Positions 49,828-60,129 of a DNA stretch of 64,000 nt are shown piece after piece (the first letter of the stretch is position 1; every line of letters starts with the position of its first letter). A model generated the notes under the pieces. It made no database searches. It was not told where the DNA came from and was given only the letters and a program-made list of their open reading frames with translations. The position numbers and the translations under genes were made by a program. The DNA is from Malacoraja senta (taxonomy: Eukaryota). The stretch lies in NCBI GenBank assembly GCA_038087875.1, contig CM075994.1, positions 372,001 to 436,000 on the forward strand. The letters run 5' to 3'.

Positions 49828-52800
49828 GAGGGACTCAAATAGAGAATGCTATTAGACAGTGTGTGAGGCAGGAGGCAGAGAAGGAAAGCACTCAGACCCA
49901 ACATGTAGGGAGGAAAGAAGAAAACAATAATAAACAGAGAATAAGAGGTGGTGCGGTTCTTAAATGGGTGAGCAGAGAAACAGAGGGGTGCAAAATGCGG
50001 GCGGAAGCAATAGGTAGCAAGGTGAAAAGTAAAAGTGGCAGGCAGACAAATCCAGGGCAAAAATCGAAAAGAGCCACTTTCCAACATAATTGTATAAGGG
50101 GTAAGAGCGTTGTAAAAACAAGCCTGAAGGCTTTGTGTCTCAATGCAAGGAGCATTCGTAATAAGGTCGATGAGTTGAACGTGCAGATAGCAATTAATGA
50201 TTATGATATAGTTGGGATCACGGAGACATGGCTCCAGGGTGACCAAGGCTGGGAGCTGAACATCCAGGGATATTCAATATTCAGGAGGGATAGAGAGAAA
50301 GGAAAAGGAGGTGGGGTAGCGTTGCTGGTTAGAGAGGAGATTAACGCAGTGGAAAGGAAGGACATTAGCTTGGAGGATGTGGAATCGGTATGGGTAGAGC
50401 TACGAAATACTAAGGGGCAGAAAACGCTGGTGGGTGTTGTGTACAGGCCACCTAGCAGTAGTAGTGAAGTTGGGGATGGCATCAAACAGGAAATTAGAAA
50501 TGCGTGCAACAAAGGCAAAACAGTGATAATGGGTGACTTCAATCTACATATAGATTGGGTGAATCAAATTGGCAGGGGTGCTGAGGAAGAGGATTTCTTG
50601 GAATGTATGAGGGATAGTTATCTAAACCAACATGTAGAGGAACCAACGAGAGAGCAGGCTATTCTAGACTGGGTATTGAGTAATGAGGAAGGGTTAGTTA
50701 GCAGACTTGTTGTGCGTGCCCCCTTGGGCAAGAGTGACCATAATATGGTTGAGTTCTTCATTAGGATGGAGAGTGACATTGTTAATTCAGAAACAACGGT
50801 TCTGAACTTAAAGAAAGGTAACTTTGAGGGTATGAGACGTGAATTGGCCAAGATTGACTGGCAATTAGTTCTAAAAGGGTTGACGGTGGATATGCAATGG
50901 AAGGCATTTAAAGACTGCATGGATGAACTACAAAAATTGTTCATCCCAGTTTGGCAAAAGAATAAATCAGGGAAGGTAGTGCATCCGTGGATAACAAGGG
51001 AAATCAGGGAGAGTATCAAAGCAAAAGATGATGCATACAAATTAGCCAGAAAAAGCAGCATACCAGAGGACTGGGAGAAATTCAGAGACCAGCAGAGGAG
51101 GACAAAGGGCTTAATTAGGAAAGGGAAAATAGCTTATGAAAGGAAACTGGCAGGGAACATAAAAACTGACTGCAAAAGTTTTTATAGATATGTGAAGAGA
51201 AAGAGATTAGTTAAAACAAATGTAGGTCCCTTGCAGTCAGAAACAGGTGAATTGATCATGGGGAACAAGGATATGGCGGACCAATTGAATAACTACTTTG
51301 GTTCCGTCTTCACTAAGGAAGACATAAATAATCTGCCGGAAATAACAGGGGGCCGCGGGTCAAAGGAGATGGAGGAACTGAGTGAAATCCAGGTTAGTCG
51401 GGAAGTGGTGTTGGGTAAATTGAATGGATTAAAGGCCGATAAATCACCAGGGCCAGATAGGCTGCATCCCAGAGTACTTAAGGAAGTAGCTCCAGAAATA
51501 GTGGATGCATTAGTGATAATTTTTCAAAATTCTTTAGATTCTGGAGTAGTTCCTGAGGATTGGAGGGTAGCAAACGTAACCCCACTTTTTAAGAAGGGAG
51601 GGAGAGAGAAAACGGGGAATTACAGACCAGTTAGTCTAACATCGGTAGTGGGGAAACTGCTAGAGTCAGTTATTAAAGATGGGATAGCAGCACATTTGGA
51701 AAGTGGTGAAATCATTGGACAAAGTCAGCATGGATTTACGAAAGGTAAATCGTGTCTGACGAATCTTATAGAATTTTTCGAGGATGTAACTAGTAGAGTG
51801 GATAGGGGAGAACGAGTGGATGTGTTGTATCTGGACTTTCAGAAGGCTTTCGACAAGGTACCACATAAGAGATTAGGATACAAACTTAAATCACATGGTA
51901 TTGGGGGTTCAGTATTGATGTGGATAGAGAACTGGCTGGCAAACAGGAAGCAAAGAGTAGGAGTAAACGGGTCCTTTTCACAATGGCAGGCAGTGACTAG
52001 TGGGGTACCGCAAGGCTCAGTGCTGGGACCCCAGCTATTTACAATTTATATTAATGATCTGGACGAGGGAATTGAAAGCAACATCTCCAAGTTTGCGGAT
52101 GACACTAAGCTGGGGGGCAGTGTTAGCTGTGAGGAGGATGCTAGGAGACTGCAAGGTGACTTGGATAGGCTGGGTGAGTGGGCAAATGTTTGGCAGATGC
52201 AGTATAATGTGGATAAATGTGAGGTTATCCACTTTGGTGGCAAAAACGGGAAGGCAGACTATTATCTAAATGGTGGCCGATTAGGAAATGGGGAGGTGCA
52301 GCGAGACCTGGGTGTCATGGTACACCAGTCATTGAAAGTAGGCATGCAGGTGCAGCAGGCAGTGAAGAAAGCGAATGGTATGTTGGCCTTCATAGCAAGA
52401 GGATTTGAGTATAGGAGCAGGGAGGTTCTACTGCAGTTGTACAGGGTCTTGGTGAGACCACACCTGGAGTATTGCGTACAGTTTTGGTCTCCAAATCTGA
52501 GGAAGGACATTATAGCCATAGAGGGAGTGCAGAGAAGGTTCACCAGACTGATTCCTGGGATGTCAGGACTTTCATATGAAGAAAGACTGGATAGACTTTG
52601 CTTATACTCGCTAGAATTTAGGAGATTGAGAGGGGATCTTATAGAAACATACAAAATTCTTATGGGGTTGGACAGGCTAGATGCAGGAAGATTGTTCCCG
52701 ATGTTGGGGAAGTCCAGGACAAGGGGCCACAGCTTAAGGATAAGGGGGAAATCCTTTAAGACCGAGATGAGGAAAAACTTTTTCACACAGAGAGCGGTGA

Positions 52801-52864
52801 ATCTCTGGAACTCTCTGCCACAGAGGGTAGTTGATGCCAGTTCATTGGCTATATTTAAGAGGGA
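49828..52864 (+). mobile_element. Chimeric CR1 (subfamily B head, subfamily A ORF2), truncated at both ends
   Basis: 49828-49965 matches 28115-28255; the rest matches subfamily A; ends in a GT-rich repeat. Confidence 0.92.
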
Positions 52865-52880
52865 GGGTGTGTGTGTGTGA
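49863..52880 (+). CDS. CR1 ORF2p, uninterrupted 1005-aa APE-RT frame lacking about 20 C-terminal residues
   Basis: NARSI, MGDFN, SDH, GVPQGS and FADD, with no stop. Confidence 0.88.
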   Translation: MRQEAEKESTQTQHVGRKEENNNKQRIRGGAVLKWVSRETEGCKMRAEAIGSKVKSKSGRQTNPGQKSKRATFQHNCIRGKSVVKTSLKALCLNARSIRNKVDELNVQIAINDYDIVGITETWLQGDQGWELNIQGYSIFRRDREKGKGGGVALLVREEINAVERKDISLEDVESVWVELRNTKGQKTLVGVVYRPPSSSSEVGDGIKQEIRNACNKGKTVIMGDFNLHIDWVNQIGRGAEEEDFLECMRDSYLNQHVEEPTREQAILDWVLSNEEGLVSRLVVRAPLGKSDHNMVEFFIRMESDIVNSETTVLNLKKGNFEGMRRELAKIDWQLVLKGLTVDMQWKAFKDCMDELQKLFIPVWQKNKSGKVVHPWITREIRESIKAKDDAYKLARKSSIPEDWEKFRDQQRRTKGLIRKGKIAYERKLAGNIKTDCKSFYRYVKRKRLVKTNVGPLQSETGELIMGNKDMADQLNNYFGSVFTKEDINNLPEITGGRGSKEMEELSEIQVSREVVLGKLNGLKADKSPGPDRLHPRVLKEVAPEIVDALVIIFQNSLDSGVVPEDWRVANVTPLFKKGGREKTGNYRPVSLTSVVGKLLESVIKDGIAAHLESGEIIGQSQHGFTKGKSCLTNLIEFFEDVTSRVDRGERVDVLYLDFQKAFDKVPHKRLGYKLKSHGIGGSVLMWIENWLANRKQRVGVNGSFSQWQAVTSGVPQGSVLGPQLFTIYINDLDEGIESNISKFADDTKLGGSVSCEEDARRLQGDLDRLGEWANVWQMQYNVDKCEVIHFGGKNGKADYYLNGGRLGNGEVQRDLGVMVHQSLKVGMQVQQAVKKANGMLAFIARGFEYRSREVLLQLYRVLVRPHLEYCVQFWSPNLRKDIIAIEGVQRRFTRLIPGMSGLSYEERLDRLCLYSLEFRRLRGDLIETYKILMGLDRLDAGRLFPMLGKSRTRGHSLRIRGKSFKTEMRKNFFTQRAVNLWNSLPQRVVDASSLAIFKREGVCV

Positions 52881-52952
52881 GATGGAGGGTGTGTGCATGT
52901 GTGTGTGAGATGGAGGGTGTGTGTGTGTGATGGAGGGTATGTGTGTGTGTGT
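52865..52952. repeat. GT-rich compound microsatellite
   Basis: GATGGAGG(GT)n units. Confidence 0.9.
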
Positions 52953-52958
52953 GCGGGC

Positions 52959-53978
52959 GTGAGCCCACCAGCCGTGAGTGACTGAACTGCGAGCCTACAT
53001 TACGTGAGTGACTGAACTGCGAGGCCACCAGCATTGAGTGACTGAACTGCGAGCCCACCAACTGAGTGACTGAAATGCGAGCCCACCAGCCGTGAGTGAT
53101 CTGCGAGCCCACCAGCTGTGTGAGTGAACTGCAAGCCCACTAGCCATGAGTGAGTGAACTGCGAGCCCAGCAGCCTTGGGTGACTGAACTGCGAGCCCAC
53201 CAGCCGTGAGTAAGCGAACTGCCAGCCCAGCAGCCTTGGGTGACTGAACTGCGAGCCCACCAGCCATGAGTGAGTTAACTGCGAGCCCAGCAGCCTTGGG
53301 TGACTGAACTGCGAGCCCACCAGCCGTGAGTAAGCGAACTGCCAGCCCTCCAGGCGTCAGTGACTGAACTGCGAGCCCACTGGCCGTGAGTGAGTGAACT
53401 GCGAGCCCACCAGCCGTGAGTGACTGAACTGCGAGCCCACATTCCGTGAGTGACTGAACTGCGAGCGCGCCAGCCGTACGTGAGTGAACTGCGAGCCCAC
53501 CAGCCGTGAGTAAGCGAACTGCCAGCCCTCCAGGCGTCAGTGACTGAACTGCGAGCCCACATTCCGTGAGTGACTGAAGTGCGAGCCCACCAGCATTGAG
53601 TGACTGAACGTCGAGCCCACCAGCCGTGAATGAATGAACTGCCAGCCCACCAGCTGTGAGTGACTGAACTGGGAGCCCACCAGCCGTGTGTGACTGAACT
53701 GCGAGCCCACATTCCGTGAATGACTGAACTGCGAGACCACATTCCGTGAGTGACTGAACTGCGAGCGCACCAGCCGTACGTGAGTGAACTGCGAGCCCAC
53801 CAGCATTGAGTGACTGAACTGCGAGCGCACCAGCCGTGAGTGAATGAACTGTGAGCCCACCAGCTGTGACTGACTGAACTGTGAGGCCACCAGCCGTGAC
53901 TGACTGAACTGTGAGGCCACCAGCCGTGACTGACTGAATTATGAGTCCACCAACCGTGAATGACTGAACTGTGAGTCC
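52959..53978. repeat. 30-bp minisatellite, about 34 units
   Basis: Consensus GCGAGCCCACCAGCCGTGAGTGACTGAACT. Confidence 0.97.
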
Positions 53979-54179
53979 AAGAATCCATTTGGCCCACAAT
54001 GTCCATACTAGCCCCATGGAAACCAGTCCCTTCAGCCAACAACACCCATACTAGCACTCCAGAAAGTCTAGTTAACCTACAAACCTGTAAGTATTTGGAC
54101 GGTGAGGGGAAACTGAAGTTCTTGGAGAATGTACAAGCGCCGTACAGTCAGGATTGTGCCCGGGTCTCTGGCACAGTAA

Positions 54180-54566
54180 GGGAGGGGAGAGAGGGGGAGG
54201 GTTCGAGAGGGAGGGAGGGGGGGTAGAGAGGGAGGGACGGGAAGAGAGAGGGATGGGGAGAGGGGGGGGAGTGAGAGAGGGGGGAGAGTGAGGGAGGGGA
54301 GAGAGAGGGAGGGGAGAGACAGGGGGGGAGAGAGAGGGAGGGGTGAGAGAGGGAGGAGGGAGAGAGAGAGGGGGGAGAGAAAGGGTGGAGGGGGGGAGAG
54401 GGAGGAGGGGGTGAGTGGGGGAGAGAGGGGAGGAGAGGAAGGGGAGGGAGGGGTAGAGAGGGAGGCAAAGAAAGAGGTTGGGGAGAGAGAGAGGTAGGTA
54501 GAGAGAGGGCTGTAGAGGGGGAGGGAAAGAGTGGTGGGATAGAGAGAGTGGTTGAGAGGGAGGGAG
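54180..54566. repeat. Polypurine (G/A) low-complexity tract
   Basis: Seen directly. Confidence 0.92.
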
Positions 54567-54889
54567 TGGTCACCTATTCCTTCTCTCCATAGATGTGGCC
54601 TCACCGGCTGAGTTTCTCCAGCATTTTTTTATCTACTTCTGAGTCTTTGTAACTAGACTGTAATCTGGCTCAAGAATGTTCAAGTTGGGGAAAAAAGAAA
54701 GTGCATTCGTAGAAATATAATTCTAAATTGAACAATAGAGTAAAGGAACAAGTCCTTGATGTTAGGATGTGATGTCTGTGTTCAACATGATCCCAAATTA
54801 AACAAATCCTTTCTTTGTGAACCTTCATTTACATGGTATTGCTGTGTCCCAAACATTTTGGTGCCCAGAAATGCGGGACTATGTATAAA

Positions 54890-55539
54890 GGTAGACAAAA
54901 ATCCTGGAGAAACTCAACGGGTGAGGCAGCATCTATGGAGCGAAGGAAATAGGCAACGTTTCGGGTCGAAACCCTTCTTCAGACTGATGTGGGGGGAGGG
55001 GGGGAGGGGGGGAGGGGGGGGGAGGGGGGTGGAGGGAAGTAAGGAAGAGGCGGAGACAGTGGGCTGAGGGAGGGCTGAGAAGGGGAGGAGAGTAGGGACT
55101 ACCTGAAATTAGAGAAGTCAATGTTCATACCGCTGGGGTGCAAACAGCCCAAGTGAAATATGAGGTGCTGCTCCTCCAATTTACGGTGGTCCTCACTCTG
55201 GCCATGGAGGAGGTCCAGGACGGAAAGGTCAGATTTGGAATGGGAGGGGGAGTTGAAGTGCTGAGCCACCGGGAGATCAGGTTGTTTATTGCGAACCGAG
55301 CGGAGGTGTTCGCCGAAGCGATCACCAAGCCTACGATTGGTCTCACTGATGTAGAGCAGCGGATACAATGGATGAGGTTGGAGGAGGTGCAGGTGAACCT
55401 CTGCCTCACCTGGAAAGATTGCTTGGGTCCTTGAATGGAGTCAAGGGGGGGGGGGGTGTAAAGCGACAAGTGTTGCATTTCCTGCAGTTGCAAGGGAAAG
55501 TGCCCGGAGAGGGGGTGATTCGGGTGGGAAGGGACGAAT
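54890..55539 (-). mobile_element. Penelope-like insertion in a Tc1 TIR
   Basis: GIY-YIG remnant (LYISETNRRLGDRFGEHL); TSD TGTATAAA at 54882-54889 and 55540-55547. Confidence 0.88.
54952..54988 (-). ncRNA. Minimal hammerhead ribozyme motif
   Basis: Minus strand CUGAAGA-a-GGGU UUCG ACCC-GAAACGUU. Confidence 0.62.
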
Positions 55540-55919
55540 TGTATAAACACTGCTGTAATTTCTACATGATGAAACCTAAATGTATAAAAATTGTCTTTAT
55601 TAAGTTCTGATAATATGCACTTTAACCACATGGGATTTTTGTCTATTACATATCTCAAATTGTGGAGTAGAGAGGCAAATAAATAAATAAAGGGTCTATG
55701 TCCCAAACATTACGGAGGGCACTGTATGCCTTTCACAATTTTACAAAACTTCTATCAGGTATTCCCTCAGCTGCCGATGTCCGTGAGAAATAAATTTGAA
55801 TTTACTACCTGATAGTATGCTTTCTACTATGCATCTGTAGACATTGATAAGAGTTATTGGAGATATAATGAATTTGTCCTTTGTCTCTTGAAGAAGTGGA
55901 GGTGCTGGCATAATTATGC

Positions 55920-56250
55920 TCTCTGCAGCTTACCTCCATCGCAACCCCAATTACTCAAATATGAGTTTCGTGGCTGAAACAGCTAATTTAGCCAAATACA
56001 GCGTTTTAGAATATCATCCAGGTAGGCCATAACATTGTGTTTTTGAGCTCTGAGCAGCCCAAGCACCGGCTTTAGTAATTTGGTAAATAACCTGGGAGCT
56101 GCAGTTAGCCCATTAGGCAACGCTTTAAACTGTCATAGTTGCCTCATCCAGCCAAATTTCAAATATCTCCGGTGATCCCTGAATGGGAACTGAATAGAAT
56201 GCATCTTTGAGATCGATGCATGCCATAAAGCATCCTTTGGGAATCAATTG
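55920..56250 (-). mobile_element. DIRS/Ngaro-type RT fragment
   Basis: FMACIDLKDAFYSVPI...QFKALPNGLTAAPRLFTKLLKPV...MAYLDD. Confidence 0.85.
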
Positions 56251-56254
56251 TTAG

Positions 56255-57935
56255 GCAGTAATGAAGTTTTCCATTTTACAATGTCTATACTAGAGGTATT
56301 TGGATCCTTTTTAGGATATAGAATAAATTGGAATAAAAGTGAAATTATGACGATAAAACCTCAAGACTCAACACACCTGTTAAAAATCCCTTTTAAAATT
56401 GCTTCAGAAAAATTTAAATATTTGGGAATTGAAATTACTAGAAAATATAAATCTTTATTTAATGCAAACTAAATGCCCTCACTTAATAAATTAAGCGCAC
56501 TGATTAAATTTTGGAAAACTCTTCCTATGTCTCTAATAGGCCGAATAAATGCTATAAAAATGATCTTTCTACCACAAATTTTAAATCTATTACAATCAAT
56601 ACCAATATACTTACCAAAAAAGTTTTTTTTTAAACTGGATGCCGATATCACAAATTTTATATGGGACTATAAATCCCATAGAATTCAAAGAAGACATTTG
56701 TGCAAACCTAAAGAATTTGGTGGATTAACACTCCCTAATTTTTTGTATTATTATTGGGCAGCAAATGTCAAAAATATGATTCACCTGTTGGACAACTCGG
56801 TCCAGCAGGTGGATTGGTTAGTAATGGAGAGAGAGGATTGTTCCCCTTTTAATATAGGAGCGATCCTTCTCTCACCAACAAAATTGAATAATACAATATA
56901 TAGTAAAAATCCAATTATTCATAGTACAATTAGAATTTGGAAACAAATAAAATTAACTCTAAAATTAAGAAACCTATCGCTTCTCTCTCCTATAGTTAAT
57001 AATTCGTCATTTAAACCATCTATTATAGATAAATCATTTACACACTGGAACATTTTTTTATCATTTCACCAATTACAACTTAAATACAATTTGAGAATTA
57101 ATCAATATATTAAATATTTTCAAATCCGTGACTATTTGAAAAAATATACACAAGAATATCCAAATTTATCTCCAGACCTATTAGACGATGCTATGAATAT
57201 AAAGGCGGAATCAACTAATTTAATATCATACTTGTATAATATCATTCTAAATATAGAAATACCATCATCTGATAGAATTAGAAGAGATTGGGAACAAGAA
57301 CTAGCTATAAAAATCTCGAAAGAGAATTGGGATAAACACTTGCTATATGTGCACAAATGCTCGATTAATGTAAGACACATTCTAATCCAATTGAAAACTT
57401 TACATAGACTATACTACTCAAAAACTAAAATAAGTAAATTTTATCCAAATGTTTCTTCCATCTGTGATAAATGTCTATCCCAAGAAGCAACTATAGCACA
57501 TTCTTTTGTTTTTTGTATAAAAATCCAAAAATTTTGGAATGAAATCCTTGAGATTTTTACGAAATTATTTAAAATAAAACTGAAACCGAATGCAGAACTG
57601 ATTATTTTTGGAACAATGGAAGCCAGCTTTGAGCTGACTTCGTTCCAAAAGAGCTTCCTTAATTACGGCTTAATAATGGCAAAAAAATGTATACTTAAAT
57701 TCTGGAAAAACGCTCCAACACCAACGATAAAAATGTGGATTTCTAATATGTCCGAACTGTTACACCTGGAAGACATTAGATTCCTCTTAGCTGGCAAATC
57801 AGACCATTTCCAAAAGATTTGGTCTCCATTTAGCGACTTACTACAAGCATAGGGTGCAATATAACGTTGAAAATAAATGGTTTCAGGACCTGGTGAGGGG
57901 TGTGTAAAGATACGAAGTAGGTACATCCCTTTTAT
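56255..57935 (+). mobile_element. Fish-type LINE-1 ORF2 3' fragment
   Basis: ORF 56473-57852 (SLIGRINAIKMIFLPQ, ICDKC). Confidence 0.92.
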
Positions 57936-57944
57936 CTTGGCCAA

Positions 57945-60129
57945 CGTGAATTAGCCAAGATTGACTGGCAATTAGTTCTAAAAGGGTTGGCGGTGGATAT
58001 GCAATGGAAGACATTTAAAGACTGCATAGATGAACTACAAAAATTGTTCATCCCAGTTTGGCAAAAGAATAAATCAGGGAAGGTAGTGCATCCGTGGATA
58101 ACAAGGGAAATCAGGGATAGCATCAAAGCAAAAGATGATACGTACAAATTAGCCAGAAAAAGCAGCATACCAGAGGACTGGGAGAAATTCAGAGACCAGC
58201 AGAGCAGGACAAAGGGCTTAATTAGGAAAGGGAAAATAGATTATGAAAGAAAACTGGCAGGGAACATAAAAACTGACTGCAAAAGCTTTTATAGATATGT
58301 GAAGAGAAAGAGATTAGTTAAAACAAATGTAGGTCCCTTGCAGTCAGAAACAGGTGAATTGATCATGGGGAACAAGGATATGGCGGACCAATTGAATAAC
58401 TACTTTGGTTCCGTCTTCACTAAGGAAGACATAAATAATCTGCCGGAAATAGCAGGGGGCCGCGGGTCAAAGGAGTTGGAGCAACTGAGTGAAATCCAGG
58501 TTAGTCGGGAAGTGGTGTTGGGTAAATTGAATAGATTAAAGGCCGATAAATCACCAGGGTCAGATAGGCTGCATCCCAGAGTACTTAAGGAAGTAGCTCC
58601 AGAAATAGTGGATGCATTAGTGATAATTTTTCAAAACCCTTTAGATTCTGGAGTAGTTCCTGAGGATTGGAGGGTAGCAAACGTAACCCCACTTTTTAAG
58701 AAGGGAGGGAGGGAGAAAACGGGGAATTACAGACCAGTTAGTCTAACATCGGTAGTGGGGAAACTGCTAGAGTCAGTTATTAAAGATGGGATAGCAGCAC
58801 ATTTGGAAAGTGGTGAAATTATTGGACAAAGTCAGCATGGATTTACGAAAGGTAAATCATGTCTGACGAATCTTATAGAAATTTTCGAGGATGTAACTAG
58901 TAGAGTGGATAGGGGAGAACCAGTGGATGTGTTGTATCTGGACTTTCAGAAGGCTTTCGACAAGGTACCACATAAGAGATTAGTATACAAACTTAAAGCA
59001 CACGGTATTGGGGGTTCAGTATTGATGTGGATAGAGAACTGGCTGGCAAACAGGAAGCAAAGAGTAGGAGTAAACAGGTCCTTTTCACAATGGCAGGCAG
59101 TGATTAGTGGGGTACCGCAAGGCTCAGTGATGGGACCCCAGCTATTTACAATTTATATTAATGACCTGGATGAGGGAATTGAAGGCAACATCTCCAAGTT
59201 TGCAGATGACGCTAAGCTGGGGGGCAGTGTTAGCTGTGAGGAGGATGCTAGGAGACTGCAAGGTGACTTGGATAGGCTGGGTGAGTGGGCAAATGTTTGG
59301 CAGATGCAGTATAATGTGGATAAATGTGAGGTTATCCACTTTGGTGGCAAAAACAGGAAAGCAGACTATTATCTAAATGGTGGCCGATTAGGAAATGGGG
59401 AGATGCAGCGAGACCTGGGTGTCATGGTACACCAGTCATTGAAAGTAGGCATGCAGGTGCAGCAGGCAGTGAAGAAAGCGAATGGTATGTTAGCTTTCAT
59501 AGCAAAAGGATTTGAGTATAGGAGCAGGGAGGTTCTACTGCAGTTGTACAGGGTCTTGGTGAGACTACACCTGGAGTATTGCGTACAGTTTTGGTCTCCA
59601 AATCTGAGGAAGGACATTATAGCCATAGAGGGAGTACAGAGAAGGTTCACCAGACTGATTCCTGGGATGTCAGGACTTTCATATGAAGAAAGACTGGATA
59701 GACTTGGCTTATACTCGCTATAATTTAGGAGATTGAGAGGGGATCTTATAGAAACGTACAAAATTCTTATGGGGTTGGACAGGCTAGATGCAGGAAGATT
59801 GTTCCCGATGTTGGGGAAGTCCAGGACAAGGGGTCACAGCTTAAGGATAAGGGGGAAATCCTTTAAGACCGAGATGAGGAAAAACTTTTTCACACAGAGA
59901 GTGGTGAATCTCTGGAACTCTCTGCCACAGAGGGTAGTTGAGGCCAGTTCATTGGCTATATTTAAGAGGGAGTTAGATGTGGCCCTTGTGGCTAAGGGGA
60001 TCAGGGGGTATGGAGAGAAGGCAGGTACGGGATACTGAGTTGGATGATCAGCCATGATCATACTGAATGGCGGTGCAGGCTCGAAGGGCCGAATGGCCTA
60101 CTCCTGCACCTATTTTCTATGTATCTATG
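57945..60129 (+). mobile_element. 5'-truncated CR1 subfamily A
   Basis: 578-aa RT ORF, one stop at 59721-59723, intact 3'UTR and tail. Confidence 0.97.

Noticed and set aside
52959..53978. CRISPR-like array
   Set aside because: Units are head-to-tail with no unique spacers, there are no cas genes, and the context is eukaryotic.
54077..54604. Pro/Ser/Leu-rich ORFs
   Set aside because: Low-complexity purine tract.
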